Position numbers and translations under genes: made by a program. From sequence record OM386654.1: 64,000 nucleotides of DNA. One strand, written 5' to 3'. The DNA comes from Escherichia phage vB_EcoM_ESCO9. Positions 29,420 through 39,909 of the stretch are shown piece by piece. How positions within the stretch are numbered: the first letter of the stretch is position 1; each line of letters starts with the position of its first letter. The notes beneath the pieces were generated by a model, which made no database searches, was not told the origin of the DNA, and was given only the letters and a program-made list of their open reading frames with translations.

Positions 29420-31399
29420 TTAACCACCAGTAGAAGATTGTCCACTGCTTAACTGAAGAGTTAAACCTTGTGAGAAGTTACTAAAACTGGTATTCATTGT
29501 CGCATCTAGATAATTACTAAAACCATAGCCATCTGGAATAACATTAATCTGGAATGCGTTATCTGGGATAACAACCGTATTCTCTACACTTAATGGTACT
29601 GGAACACCTTGGCGTGGTGTTAGCATAGATGCTGTTAAATCAGGTCTATTGTAACCGATACTAGAAGCACTTGGGTTTAAGGCACTAGTTAAGAAACTAC
29701 TATCAAAGTCACCTAAAGGTTGATTTTCAGGTTTATATTGATCTCTTCCAATAGGCCAATAAGCCCAAGGATTACCACCAACCTGTGCATCGTACCCATA
29801 CTGCGTACCATTATAATAATCTCTTACAGCTTCTTTAGTATTGTTTTTTGGCCCAACCTTATTTGAAAAATCAAGGAAATATTTCGCAATTTTTGCAAGG
29901 CTACTTACAATACTACCAGACATTTCACCAAGACCACGAGCAGCTTCTTGGAAAGTTTTCATATTCTCTGCAAAATCTGGTGCAGATTTTAAACCATCCA
30001 TGAATCCTATAAGTAAGTTATTGGTAAAACCTTCTCCTGCTGCACTAATTTGTGCTCTTAGCTTAACAAAATCTTGTGCTGCTTTGATGTTTTCATCGTT
30101 AAGAGTTGCTCCTGAATTTTTTAACATATCCAAGACTTTCATGTACTCTTTACCGTTATCCAAAAACATACGTTGGTAGTGCATTAAGTCATCACCAAGG
30201 TTTTCCATCAAACGACCAATTTGCGCGGAGTTCATTCCTCTTTTTTGACCTTCATTAACAAGTGCTTGAACAAAGTCTAAAGGTCTGTTCTGGAATTTAG
30301 CAACGTCTTCTTTTGACCAACCAAATTGGTTCATGATTTCATTAATACCACTATCTCCACCTTTCCATTTACCTGATTTTTCATCAAATTCAGAGTGGAG
30401 TACAGTATTACCTAAACGTTCACGAACGTCTTTAATATTGTCAATGGCTTTAATAATGCTGGCAGAGTCTACACCGTTCATCTCACCCCAAGTACGCATT
30501 GTTAAAATTGCATTAGGGTTTACCTGTACGTTCTGACCACCTTTACTAACCATATTAATACGTTCTGCCGCAGTTGTGATACTTTCAGCTATTTTGCTTA
30601 TACCTTGATATAAACCAGCACCTAAAAGAGCAGCACCAAACATAGCAGGGTTAAGAGCAATAGCAGCATTACCTACACCAGATAGCTTACGTTGTCTATC
30701 TCGTTGTCTTGCTTCTTTCTCTCTTCTTTGCTGACGTTCGAAATCCTTTCTTTCTCTTTCTCGGATACGCTGTCTTCTTTTATCTTCTGCTTCTTGCAGA
30801 CGGGCAATTCTACGTCTAGCTCTCTCTTCATCAAGAAGTTGTGCATTCTTCTCTCTATGAGATCTGCGTAGTTCTTCTAACTGTCTAGCCAAAGTATTAT
30901 TCATTTGTTGGCTAGTGATTACACCTTTACGATAAAGTTCAACAGTTTCTTCTACAATCTTTTTAGATTTTTCTAGAATTCTGCTGTCTGCTTTTGTAAA
31001 AGGCATAGCTTTAAAACTAAAATCGTCTTGCTTCATATTAGCAAGTGCTGCACGTTTAGCGGCGGCTTCTGCGGCTCTTTCCTCTGGTGTCTTACGTCCT
31101 CCAGAAGATCCAGAACCACCTCTACCACTTCCTCCTTTTCCACCACCACTTGAACCTCCGGTTGGTGGGATTGGTGGAGGATTACCGCCGCCAAGACCTG
31201 ACATTTGCTGCCTTATTCTTTTAGCATACTCTTCCATACTTTTAAACTGACGACGCATTTTAGTCATATTTAAAGATGGTTCAATAGATTCTGTAAAAGT
31301 TTTAAGGTTTTTAATTGCGTCTTTAGTATTTTTTAAACTGTCTTTATCTACAGTAAACGTTACTGTATTCTTAATCTTGGAAGTGTTAATTTCTAACAA
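29420..31399 (-). CDS. tail tape measure protein
   Basis: 659 aa; charged coiled-coil stretch (RRRIARLQEAEDKRRQRIRERERKDFERQQRREKEARQRDRQRK), Gly-rich segment, hydrophobic central region. Confidence 0.6.
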   Translation of the reverse strand: MLEINTSKIKNTVTFTVDKDSLKNTKDAIKNLKTFTESIEPSLNMTKMRRQFKSMEEYAKRIRQQMSGLGGGNPPPIPPTGGSSGGGKGGSGRGGSGSSGGRKTPEERAAEAAAKRAALANMKQDDFSFKAMPFTKADSRILEKSKKIVEETVELYRKGVITSQQMNNTLARQLEELRRSHREKNAQLLDEERARRRIARLQEAEDKRRQRIRERERKDFERQQRREKEARQRDRQRKLSGVGNAAIALNPAMFGAALLGAGLYQGISKIAESITTAAERINMVSKGGQNVQVNPNAILTMRTWGEMNGVDSASIIKAIDNIKDVRERLGNTVLHSEFDEKSGKWKGGDSGINEIMNQFGWSKEDVAKFQNRPLDFVQALVNEGQKRGMNSAQIGRLMENLGDDLMHYQRMFLDNGKEYMKVLDMLKNSGATLNDENIKAAQDFVKLRAQISAAGEGFTNNLLIGFMDGLKSAPDFAENMKTFQEAARGLGEMSGSIVSSLAKIAKYFLDFSNKVGPKNNTKEAVRDYYNGTQYGYDAQVGGNPWAYWPIGRDQYKPENQPLGDFDSSFLTSALNPSASSIGYNRPDLTASMLTPRQGVPVPLSVENTVVIPDNAFQINVIPDGYGFSNYLDATMNTSFSNFSQGLTLQLSSGQSSTGG

Positions 31400-31418
31400 G
31401 GGTAATCCTCCGTATTAC

Positions 31419-31646
31419 TTATGAATCTGGAATTAATTTTTTCATAGCCGTATCCAGTTCTCTTATTGTTCTCTGTTGACCACGTTTAATATCCGCATCT
31501 TTAACGTGAAGATCTTGTACATAATCTTCGAATGTTAAATATTCATAAATTTTAAGTAGATAATCTACACCATAATTATCTAACGAGGACAAGGTTTCGG
31601 AGGTATTCTTAATTACCTTACAAAGAATTACTTCATACCATGTCAA
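31419..31646 (-). CDS. hypothetical protein (75 aa), possible tail assembly chaperone
   Basis: Position upstream of the tape measure gene. Confidence 0.35.
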   Translation of the reverse strand: MTWYEVILCKVIKNTSETLSSLDNYGVDYLLKIYEYLTFEDYVQDLHVKDADIKRGQQRTIRELDTAMKKLIPDS

Positions 31647-31693
31647 GCTAAGGGTTTGTGAGGCAATTTCAATTGCTGATTTAATTGCCGGAC

Positions 31694-32176
31694 TTAACTC
31701 TTCGCTAGAGTCTCTATTCCTTGAAATTGGGTCAACAGTTTTCCGAAACCTCGTTTGAAAAAAGGGGCATAGTTCACCTCAAGAACTTTTGCAGCTAAGT
31801 CAACAACTAATTCTGGGTGAGCAAAAAACAATTCATCAAAATTATCGGAAACACTGTGACCTGCTTCTGTGTAAACTTCATCTAAAATTTTACGTAAGAA
31901 TGCGGCTAAGTTTTTTTCTTCCAGACCACTGAATAACTGGATCAGCGCCATAGCAATACGAGCTTCTAGATCTTCATCTGCTGACATAAGAGCAGTATTA
32001 TACATTGTCATAGGAACAGCTAGTACACTACCTAGTTCTGGAATCCTTTCAAAAACTTTAGTTGGACTCCACTTGAGAACTCTAAATTTTACACTGCGTC
32101 CTTCATCCAGATCAATTTCAACCATTACTTCTGGACGAGCAAATTTTGCAATAGTATTATCTTTTTGTTGTTCCAT
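31694..32176 (-). CDS. putative tail assembly chaperone
   Basis: 160 aa acidic protein between tube and tape measure genes. Confidence 0.4.
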   Translation of the reverse strand: MEQQKDNTIAKFARPEVMVEIDLDEGRSVKFRVLKWSPTKVFERIPELGSVLAVPMTMYNTALMSADEDLEARIAMALIQLFSGLEEKNLAAFLRKILDEVYTEAGHSVSDNFDELFFAHPELVVDLAAKVLEVNYAPFFKRGFGKLLTQFQGIETLAKS

Positions 32177-32192
32177 TATTTCCTCTCTCTTT

Positions 32193-32221
32193 AAAAATAA
32201 AGGGCATTTCTGCCCTTTTTA
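32193..32221. terminator. terminator-like hairpin (AGGGCA-TTTC-TGCCCT) flanked by A- and T-runs
   Basis: Stem at 32201-32216, T-run 32217-32221, A-run upstream. Confidence 0.45.
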
Positions 32222-32701
32222 TTACTGAATAGTTAGAGCACTAATAGAGTTAAGTGCGTTAACACCAACACCTACAGTAGAACGAAGTAGGCTTGCATCT
32301 TTAAGACCAATTACCCATTGGTTTTCTTGAATAGTTTCACCAATAGTATCGTCCGGTTGGCTTTGAATCCAACCAATTGTGCTGATATAATATCCGCGAG
32401 GGTCTTCTAGATATACGCTAAATGCTACTTGACGAGTAGAATACATCGTTTGTGCATAAGCAGCAAGAACTTCGTTTGCTGGGGAAGTACGTTGCAGTGA
32501 CATTGTTAGCGTACCTAAGCGGTTACGACTAAGCGCCAAGGAAACGTCACCATCAGTACCTGAATATGGGTTGATGATATCGTTAGTTTTGTTAATAACA
32601 ATTTTGGTATCTGCGGCGAAACCCCAAGGTTCCCAACCACCCAAAGACAGGATTACTTGAGAAGGATCATAGGCCATTACGCCAGTAAGCATTTTATCCA
32701 A
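32222..32701 (-). CDS. putative tail tube protein
   Basis: 159 aa, directly downstream of the sheath-like gene. Confidence 0.45.
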   Translation of the reverse strand: MDKMLTGVMAYDPSQVILSLGGWEPWGFAADTKIVINKTNDIINPYSGTDGDVSLALSRNRLGTLTMSLQRTSPANEVLAAYAQTMYSTRQVAFSVYLEDPRGYYISTIGWIQSQPDDTIGETIQENQWVIGLKDASLLRSTVGVGVNALNSISALTIQ

Positions 32702-32759
32702 AGTGGATCTCCTTTTATACTACTTTTCATATAAGCGGGGTTGCCCCCGCTGCTTTTAA

Positions 32760-34166
32760 TTATGAAGATACAGTAGAGCTATTGGAATTCTGGCTATTTG
32801 CAGTGCGGTTCGTCAGAACGTTTACCTGCACTTTAACATAGTGGAAGAATCCAGCATATACGTATTCAATAACCATACCATCAACCAAACGTGCATTGAT
32901 TTGAGCATCAGTCATATCTGCACGAGATGGGATATAGATAGTAGGTTTAAGGCTTACCAGAAGTCCTGTTTCCTCTGAAGTTACTACCTCATTGGCAATA
33001 GAACCATTGTTAATACCTACTTGGATTGGGTTTGCAGTAACAGCCTGACGAATCAAAGCAAGACCAGCAGAAGTTGCTCTAACACCGCTACCAAGCATAG
33101 ATTGCTGTTTAAATAGAGTGAACAGAGATTCTTCTACGCGAGCTTTGAACCACAGAGCGTGTACCACATAGTCAACATAGAAACCACTAACCATGAAACC
33201 ATCACGGTAGAACAGAACACCGTGTTCTTTACGGTAAATATTACCATTCTGTTGAACGATAAAGTTTTCTGCTGTCTGACCAAGTTTTTCAATCTCGATA
33301 CCAACAAGGGTTTTACCATGCAGGGTAGTAGTACCTGGTGTTGCAGAGCAGATAGAACCAACTACAGCAGCCTCTGGGAACACTGTATCAGCGTTAGTCA
33401 TCCACAATGCCATACAAGTGTTATTGTAGCCCATATCACCTAAGCGTTCTAGAATGTTATCTTCTTCTTTAGTTAGAACACCTGGTTGCGAGGTAGAGAA
33501 GAAATACACTTTATCATGCTCTTCTACATAACCTGCTAGATCGATAATATCTTGTTCTGCGTGAGAATCAGATAGTAACCAGAACCAACTGTTTTCATAA
33601 TCTGCAATTTTAGTAATATCTTCTAAGATATCATTTGCATATTCTACTTTAGTTGTGAATCCTGAACTATCCATAGTAGCGTATTTACCTGCAACTGGGG
33701 TTACAGTGATAACACTACCATCATTTGATACAGTGAAGAATTCTTTATACACTGTGTCTGCGTTGATCATTTCTGTTAAACCAACAACAATCTCTTGCGC
33801 AGTTGCAGTATCATCGGCAACAAACTTGAAGTCCTTGCTTTTTGAATTTGCTTTAATAGTGATAACGTAAGTTGCACTATCTTCAACTACTGGAGTTAGA
33901 GTCGTTTTAGAAACATCACGCTTACCGACGATAACTTGTTCTGGTGCGAACAGACCGTCAAATAGTAGTTTTGCCATTTTATAAGCTGGATCGGCAGTGC
34001 CAAAACCTGCTTGCAGAAGTGCGTCTGAAGAAGTGAAATAATCTACAAGATTGCCAGTAACGTTATGCCCTGTAAGAATTAGAGGGATATCAAACTGTGT
34101 TTCACTAATTGAAGTAGCACCGTAGGTAAGGGTTACGGAAACTACCTTATCACGAAAAGTTGCCAT
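32760..34166 (-). CDS. putative tail sheath protein
   Basis: 468 aa; size and position (before tube, chaperone, tape measure) fit a contractile tail. Confidence 0.5.
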   Translation of the reverse strand: MATFRDKVVSVTLTYGATSISETQFDIPLILTGHNVTGNLVDYFTSSDALLQAGFGTADPAYKMAKLLFDGLFAPEQVIVGKRDVSKTTLTPVVEDSATYVITIKANSKSKDFKFVADDTATAQEIVVGLTEMINADTVYKEFFTVSNDGSVITVTPVAGKYATMDSSGFTTKVEYANDILEDITKIADYENSWFWLLSDSHAEQDIIDLAGYVEEHDKVYFFSTSQPGVLTKEEDNILERLGDMGYNNTCMALWMTNADTVFPEAAVVGSICSATPGTTTLHGKTLVGIEIEKLGQTAENFIVQQNGNIYRKEHGVLFYRDGFMVSGFYVDYVVHALWFKARVEESLFTLFKQQSMLGSGVRATSAGLALIRQAVTANPIQVGINNGSIANEVVTSEETGLLVSLKPTIYIPSRADMTDAQINARLVDGMVIEYVYAGFFHYVKVQVNVLTNRTANSQNSNSSTVSS

Positions 34167-34186
34167 TTATGCTCCTGTTAGAAACT

Positions 34187-34888
34187 TTATTCCAATGAAT
34201 TATCCGTTGGGATATACTTAATTAATGATCCATCATCAGTCGTCGTAAAGTAATAAGTTTTACTTCTGTGAGCAACAATGTAAATCTTATCCAAAGGAAG
34301 ATCTATTGGAGTAGGATCATCGTAATCATCTCTGAACGAATGAATGTTCATATTAATTGCTTCAATTTCGGTAGTTACTAAATCCTCAATAACCATCGTA
34401 GTATTGAATGTAAGAAATATTCTCGCTCTTTGTTCAGTTTTATCTCCATCCAGAACAGTGTTAGCCTGTGCAACATTTGTTGCAGATAAGAAGCTAATAC
34501 CTTTGGAATAAAGATACTGGTATTTTAATTCATCTGCACCACGAAGTGCCGCAAGAACATAACTTAAAAGTGTCATGGGTCTTCCTCTAAAAGCCATAAG
34601 TTCTATTTCATACTTATTGTCCATTAGATAGGAAAACGCATCTTCACTAAAAGAATATTTTTGTGACCAACCACCTGAATCATCAGATGATACAATACGT
34701 AATGTCAGATATGGGGTTGTTGGTTTAACAAATGGTTTATCCATAGCATAAACCGGAAGCCCCACTAGTCTTTGTAAGAACTTAGCGATATTTAATAATA
34801 TCGTATTTTCATACAATTCAATTTGTTCATAGATATTAGCCAAAATTACCACCCTCCTCAGAATATGAATAGGTGTTATTCTGGTCAT
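34187..34888 (-). CDS. hypothetical virion protein
   Basis: ORF track; real start may be the internal TTG near 34843 after GAGGAGG, which avoids overlap with the upstream gene. Confidence 0.4.
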   Translation of the reverse strand: MTRITPIHILRRVVILANIYEQIELYENTILLNIAKFLQRLVGLPVYAMDKPFVKPTTPYLTLRIVSSDDSGGWSQKYSFSEDAFSYLMDNKYEIELMAFRGRPMTLLSYVLAALRGADELKYQYLYSKGISFLSATNVAQANTVLDGDKTEQRARIFLTFNTTMVIEDLVTTEIEAINMNIHSFRDDYDDPTPIDLPLDKIYIVAHRSKTYYFTTTDDGSLIKYIPTDNSLE

Positions 34889-35252
34889 CTAGAATAGCAA
34901 CACAATGTGTGTGTATTAAGAAAGATGTTCTTGTCCAGTCTTTCAAAGAATAAATGGAAAACCATTGTCCATCTATTAGTATTTGGTCAGATAATTGATC
35001 TGATCCTTGCTGGATGCCTCTGATTTCTGTTTTTGTCCAGAAGCTATATTGTGCCTTAGATCTGTATCCTTCTGGCAGTGCTTGAAGTGTTCTACCTGAT
35101 ATTGGTTGCAAACTTGCAGCCTCTATTGTAAAGTCTTCGTATGCTACTGTATTACCCATATTGGAAATTGGCGAATCAGGATCTTGAACATAGGTTCTTT
35201 TACGACCCTGATACGTTGTAAGATCAAGGAGAGTAAATTGGTCTAATAGCAT
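34836..35252 (-). CDS. hypothetical virion protein
   Basis: ORF track; position only. Confidence 0.4.
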   Translation of the reverse strand: MLLDQFTLLDLTTYQGRKRTYVQDPDSPISNMGNTVAYEDFTIEAASLQPISGRTLQALPEGYRSKAQYSFWTKTEIRGIQQGSDQLSDQILIDGQWFSIYSLKDWTRTSFLIHTHCVAILDDQNNTYSYSEEGGNFG

Positions 35253-35296
35253 TGTATCTCCTTTTTAGTATACATCAAAAACAGACTTATTGCAAG

Positions 35297-35785
35297 TTAT
35301 TTTTTAGAACGACCCTTCTTGATTTCTGATTCAATACTGTTAATTAAGTGTCCAGTATCAATAAGAATATGAGAAGAGTAGTTACCTTTATCTCTACGGA
35401 TTTTAATAGTCACAGGAGATAGTGGTCTATAACGTTGCAGAGCAATCGCTTTAGCAATAGATTCTCGTGAAACTTTTGCAATAGGTTCAAAGGCAGCTAA
35501 ACCCCTTCCACGAAGTAAATAATTTCTAAACACTTCATCAAAATGTTTAGGTATTTCTTTGCTGGCGTGGACTGCACCATCTGTTAAAAACGGACGTGCA
35601 GGAGTATTGTTTGTTTCATTACCAAATTGTTGTATGGCAGCAATTGCAGGGATAGTGAGATCTGATTCTGGATGGCGAACAGCAGTAAGAAAACCAGCAT
35701 CTATTTCTATATTATCCAGAGCCAGCATTTTACTAAAATATTCATCTAACGACATATCATCGCCACGTTTGATCTCACATTTCAT
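35297..35785 (-). CDS. hypothetical virion protein
   Basis: ORF track; position only. Confidence 0.4.
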   Translation of the reverse strand: MKCEIKRGDDMSLDEYFSKMLALDNIEIDAGFLTAVRHPESDLTIPAIAAIQQFGNETNNTPARPFLTDGAVHASKEIPKHFDEVFRNYLLRGRGLAAFEPIAKVSRESIAKAIALQRYRPLSPVTIKIRRDKGNYSSHILIDTGHLINSIESEIKKGRSKK

Positions 35786-36333
35786 TATTTATCCCTTCTG
35801 TAGTAACCAATGGGGCCATAGTTTCTGGCATACTTGATATTTCTCGTGTGTCGATCTACACTGCCAACACCACCTAAACCATTTACTGAATTAGGATCAC
35901 TGTTGACACGATCAATTTCACGAGCATCAACACCACCAACTAATACTTTACTCGTTACACCTCTACCAGAAGTACAACCAGGTATCATCATATCACCATC
36001 AAGATATCCTTTATAGATATTTTCCCAAGGTGAGATGTATTCTGTCTGTCCAGTACCAAAGGTTACTTCAACCTGTACTTCGCCAACTTTCTCTTTTCTA
36101 GAAAGAGCACCACCTGTCTGTGTATTATGATTTAGTACGTCTGTATTCCACAAATATTCAAGTACAGAGATCAGACTGTTCCACAATACGGCACATTTAT
36201 TGGCATCATCATTTCCTAGCACATCTATCCACGTTTGAATGATCTGTTCAATCATTGCATCAGGAAGCGTTTCTTGTGAAGGATTAAACACCAATATGCG
36301 GATCATAGGTACAAGGTCACTAGCTACAAGCAT
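35785..36333 (-). CDS. hypothetical virion protein
   Basis: ORF track; ATG overlaps downstream stop. Confidence 0.4.
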   Translation of the reverse strand: MLVASDLVPMIRILVFNPSQETLPDAMIEQIIQTWIDVLGNDDANKCAVLWNSLISVLEYLWNTDVLNHNTQTGGALSRKEKVGEVQVEVTFGTGQTEYISPWENIYKGYLDGDMMIPGCTSGRGVTSKVLVGGVDAREIDRVNSDPNSVNGLGGVGSVDRHTRNIKYARNYGPIGYYRRDK

Positions 36334-36345
36334 GTAAACCTCCTG

Positions 36346-36714
36346 TTACTTTTTAGTGCGCTGTGCACGTTTCTTTGCTGGTGTGTCTACTGCTTTAACT
36401 TCAATTTTATCTTGCGTTTTTAATTCTACAGGGGCATAATCTTCATAGCTAACGAGATAGTAGCCAGGATGTTCTTCACTTCCGAAAGGATGAACCTGAA
36501 TCCCTGTCTCTTCACGTAGACGAACTAAGAAGTGAATAAAGTTACCGCCAAGGGCTACTCTACCATCTGTAGTATAGAATGACATAGGTGGAGCAACACT
36601 AAGTGTCTTACCTGCATCTAAGGCAGGAGATAGTGAAGCAAAATCCATAATCATTTCATGGTAGCTAAAATATGTTTTCAGTACAGCGTTACCCATAATC
36701 GTGTTTCCTCTCAT
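36346..36714 (-). CDS. hypothetical virion protein
   Basis: ORF track; position only. Confidence 0.4.
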   Translation of the reverse strand: MRGNTIMGNAVLKTYFSYHEMIMDFASLSPALDAGKTLSVAPPMSFYTTDGRVALGGNFIHFLVRLREETGIQVHPFGSEEHPGYYLVSYEDYAPVELKTQDKIEVKAVDTPAKKRAQRTKK

Positions 36715-36735
36715 TGTTAGTGGGACACATAATAA

Positions 36736-36765
36736 AAAAGCCCACCCGCAAGGGGCAGGCTTTTT
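36736..36765. terminator. GC-rich hairpin flanked by A- and T-runs, downstream of the capsid gene
   Basis: AAAAAAGCCCACCCGCAAGGGGCAGGCTTTTT. Confidence 0.4.
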
Positions 36766-36781
36766 AGAATCCCGTTAAGGA

Positions 36782-37783
36782 TTAAGCAGTAGTCAGTTTA
36801 ACTACCAGTTCTGGACGGGTATTAACCGCCAGCAGGGAGAATTCAGACTGTAGCTGTACAGTGCGGTGTTCAGATACCATAAAGGTATACAGATCACGAG
36901 CAACAGTGTTAGCCAGTTCTGGAGTATCCGCTGGAGCATAGTGCGCCTGGAACATATCTGGAATACCCATTGGCAGAACAAACGCTTCACCAGCAGGGAT
37001 GTTACCGTGGATATCTTCGATGTAGGTTACACCATTCCATTCGAATACCTGAACGTCCATATTACCGCTTAGGCGGTCACGCAGAAGGTTCGGAGTACCT
37101 TGGAAGTATTGATAAGCCTGGCGAACAAACGGAGAGTTAACCAGAGAAGCAAAGAACTCACGAGAGCACAGAGCAACGATACGAGTAGCGGTAGAACCGT
37201 CTTGTTTCTGATCGATGATGTATGCACGAGCTTCTTTCTCAATGGTAGCAGCCGGAGAAACAGTAGTAGAAGCGAAATCTACAGATACTGATTTCTGGGT
37301 AGCACCCCATTCGGTGTACCAGTTGTATGCAGAGTTAGCTGCACCACCAACACCATTGTATGCACGACCCATTACTGCTTCTGCAAAGATTTTTTCTTTA
37401 GTTTTTGCAACATCACGCAGGATTTGAGTCATATAGCGGTTAACAACTTCCGCTTCGGTACGCAGGTTATCATTGATGCCACCCATAGCGAAGCTACGGA
37501 AGGATTGAATATCCTGTGCCTTAATGTTCTTATCCAGAGGGAAGAACGGAATACGGAAGACTTTAACGCTTGGAGCGTCCATAGTCAGGAAGTTACGCTC
37601 ACCACCACGTTCACGTGCTGGGATCAGACCATCTGCATTTTTCTGTCTGCCAATTTCGATAGCAGTGGTAGCATGATACTGAACATCAAACAGGTTCAGA
37701 CTTGCGATAAGTGTATCAGGAGTTTCTTGTAGCTCAATCATTGGGCTAAAGTCAACAACCTGATCTAAGATAATAGCTGGCAT
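36782..37783 (-). CDS. major capsid protein (HK97-fold-like)
   Basis: 333 aa; strongly biased high-expression-like codons; sits after portal, scaffold and decoration-like genes. Confidence 0.6.
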   Translation of the reverse strand: MPAIILDQVVDFSPMIELQETPDTLIASLNLFDVQYHATTAIEIGRQKNADGLIPARERGGERNFLTMDAPSVKVFRIPFFPLDKNIKAQDIQSFRSFAMGGINDNLRTEAEVVNRYMTQILRDVAKTKEKIFAEAVMGRAYNGVGGAANSAYNWYTEWGATQKSVSVDFASTTVSPAATIEKEARAYIIDQKQDGSTATRIVALCSREFFASLVNSPFVRQAYQYFQGTPNLLRDRLSGNMDVQVFEWNGVTYIEDIHGNIPAGEAFVLPMGIPDMFQAHYAPADTPELANTVARDLYTFMVSEHRTVQLQSEFSLLAVNTRPELVVKLTTA

Positions 37784-37804
37784 GTATAAATCTCCTATTA
37801 AAAA

Positions 37805-38197
37805 TTAAGAAGTGAAAACAACTTTTTCAGTCAGTTTCAGATCGTGAGTTTCCAGTGCTGCAACGCCAGCGTCATCAATCAGATCACCACTCTTGTAGTA
37901 AACTGCATAACGGTTGAGAGTCAGGTCACGTACACCAACAACTGCGGTGAAAGTGTCACCTACTGCAACATCATCGATCCCGAACAGTGCGTCAGTCCAC
38001 AGCAGAACTTTAACAGCTTCACCAGCAGAAGCAGCTTCTGTGTTGTCAGCTTTCAGTACAGAACCAATTTTCATGGTTGCAGTTTTAACCAGGTTCACTT
38101 CACGAACACAGTGACCTAGGTCAGAACTAAATACTCCACCCAGAACAAGGTGTCCAAATTCCTGGCGGTAGTTTGATAAAGAAATTCCAGTTGCCAT
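37805..38197 (-). CDS. putative head decoration/accessory protein
   Basis: 130 aa, biased codon usage, adjacent to the capsid gene. Confidence 0.4.
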   Translation of the reverse strand: MATGISLSNYRQEFGHLVLGGVFSSDLGHCVREVNLVKTATMKIGSVLKADNTEAASAGEAVKVLLWTDALFGIDDVAVGDTFTAVVGVRDLTLNRYAVYYKSGDLIDDAGVAALETHDLKLTEKVVFTS

Positions 38198-38215
38198 TAA
38201 TTAAATCTCCTTAGA

Positions 38216-39331
38216 TTATTTCTGGGCTTTTTTAAGTTCAGCAGCTTTTTGACGAATCAGTTCAGAAGCAGATTTAGCAACAGGTTCTTTGTTTTCAACA
38301 TCAACACCTACTTCTTTGCCAAATTCTTTCTTAACTGTTTCAACTTCTTCGCGAGCTTTTTCAAATGCAGTAACAACAGTTTCAGCAATTTCTTTGTTAT
38401 CTACTAGGTATTTAACAAGTGCTTCAACTTTGTCTTCTTCAACATAGCCATAAGACTTAATTACATTGGTATAGTCTTCTTCGATACGAGCAATTTCTGC
38501 TTTACGAAGTTCTTCGGCTTCTGCCTTAGCTTTGTTGATTTCTTCCTGTGCTTTAGCTTCTGCCTCTGCACGAGCTTCAGCAGCAGCTTTTTCTACCGCT
38601 TCTGCAATCTGTGCTTTAATAAGGTCTTGCACCTCAGCAGATTTCAGGAATTCTTCTTTGTTAATATTTTCCAAAGGGGTATCTCCTTTATTTATATCGG
38701 TTGTGTTTGCAGATTCAAGATCTGCTGGATTATCCTCTGCAATCACAGAGTCTTTATTAGTACGAGCTTCGTGAGCTTTTACTAAATAATCTTTTACGTG
38801 ATCAAACTTAATTGCGCTCTTAACTAAATCACCTAGAGCATCATCAATCAAGTTATCAAAGAAATCCAGGGAAACTAAAACATCACCGTCTACTACTTCA
38901 TAGTCCGTTGTTTGTACTACTGGTTTTGCAACATCACCAACTTCAACAAGAAGTCCGTTAATGGTAAAATCAGTAGAGAACATTCCATAGTCAGAACAGA
39001 AAATAACAATGCCATTATCAAAATCGGCATCGACTACATAAACCCAATCCCAACCAGACTCGTATTTTTCACGAACGGCATCAGATAATGATCCCATAAG
39101 TTGGTTCATATATGATTTACGTAATTCAGTAACGTCTTCACCCATTTTTTCTAGAGCTTCTAACTTAGTGAAGCTAATGTCTGGGTTGTCGCCAGATTTA
39201 AAAAGTAGAGGGGTATTAAAGCCAGAAGCAGCACCACCTTGAAAATCGAAGGTGTAAGCAATGTGTGCTCCGCAAGAATCTTCCGTAGCTTTACCCGAAA
39301 AGTCTACGTCAGCTAGATATGTATGTGCCAC
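38216..39331 (-). CDS. putative scaffolding protein
   Basis: 371 aa, acidic, C-terminal Ala/Glu/Lys-rich helix (AEAVEKAAAEARAEAEAKAQEEINKAKAEAEELRKAE). Confidence 0.5.
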   Translation of the reverse strand: MAHTYLADVDFSGKATEDSCGAHIAYTFDFQGGAASGFNTPLLFKSGDNPDISFTKLEALEKMGEDVTELRKSYMNQLMGSLSDAVREKYESGWDWVYVVDADFDNGIVIFCSDYGMFSTDFTINGLLVEVGDVAKPVVQTTDYEVVDGDVLVSLDFFDNLIDDALGDLVKSAIKFDHVKDYLVKAHEARTNKDSVIAEDNPADLESANTTDINKGDTPLENINKEEFLKSAEVQDLIKAQIAEAVEKAAAEARAEAEAKAQEEINKAKAEAEELRKAEIARIEEDYTNVIKSYGYVEEDKVEALVKYLVDNKEIAETVVTAFEKAREEVETVKKEFGKEVGVDVENKEPVAKSASELIRQKAAELKKAQK

Positions 39332-39333
39332 AA

Positions 39334-39825
39334 TTAATCCTTCTTCACTTTACATCCTACTGCACCAATACTTAAACCTTTAAGAACGCCGTTCTTTCTT
39401 GCTTCATACAGTTCAGGATCATAGAATTGAATTTTAACGAGTGGTGTTCCTTCAACAACAAACTCGTCACCAATATAACAATCGACTTCATTAACCCAAG
39501 CCTTAACTGGTTTAAATTTATCGGTGTTTTTGATATGACCAAGATTACCACTTACGTTAGTAATATTTGCGTTGAAGTTGTCAACCATCTTTCTGATTTC
39601 AATTTCAGACATACGTTCACCGTGGAGGTCATCGTGTTCTGGTGGACAATACATCACTTCAATCACTTGCATTTTTTCTTCGTCAAATTTATTTTGTTTG
39701 ACGATAGTAGCAGGTGTTTCTTCTGGAGTGGAATTTTGTTGGGTTTGCTTTTTCTCTTTCGTTCCACTGAACGTTTTATAGAGTTCCCAAAGCGTGTCTT
39801 TATTAAGTTCCATACGGTTCCTCAT
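39334..39825 (-). CDS. hypothetical head morphogenesis protein (possible prohead protease)
   Basis: 163 aa between portal and scaffold genes; no catalytic motif confirmed. Confidence 0.35.
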   Translation of the reverse strand: MRNRMELNKDTLWELYKTFSGTKEKKQTQQNSTPEETPATIVKQNKFDEEKMQVIEVMYCPPEHDDLHGERMSEIEIRKMVDNFNANITNVSGNLGHIKNTDKFKPVKAWVNEVDCYIGDEFVVEGTPLVKIQFYDPELYEARKNGVLKGLSIGAVGCKVKKD

Positions 39826-39844
39826 AAAAACAAATATCCCATAA

Positions 39845-39878
39845 ATCTTAGTCTACAGGATATTTGCTTATTTGTCAA
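39845..39878 (-). promoter_or_regulatory. sigma70-like promoter (-35 TTGACA, 17 nt, -10 TAGACT)
   Basis: Minus-strand TTGACA at 39873-39878 and TAGACT at 39850-39855. Confidence 0.35.
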
Positions 39879-39909
39879 TACCTAAATTAAAAAATTTTTA
39901 AAAATATTT

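Noticed and set aside
29420-31399. Gly-rich stretch in the tape measure protein as a possible collagen-like or fibre domain
   Set aside because: The Gly run is irregular (GGSSGGGKGGSGRGGSG) rather than Gly-X-Y triplets; the coiled-coil and position fit a tape measure protein.
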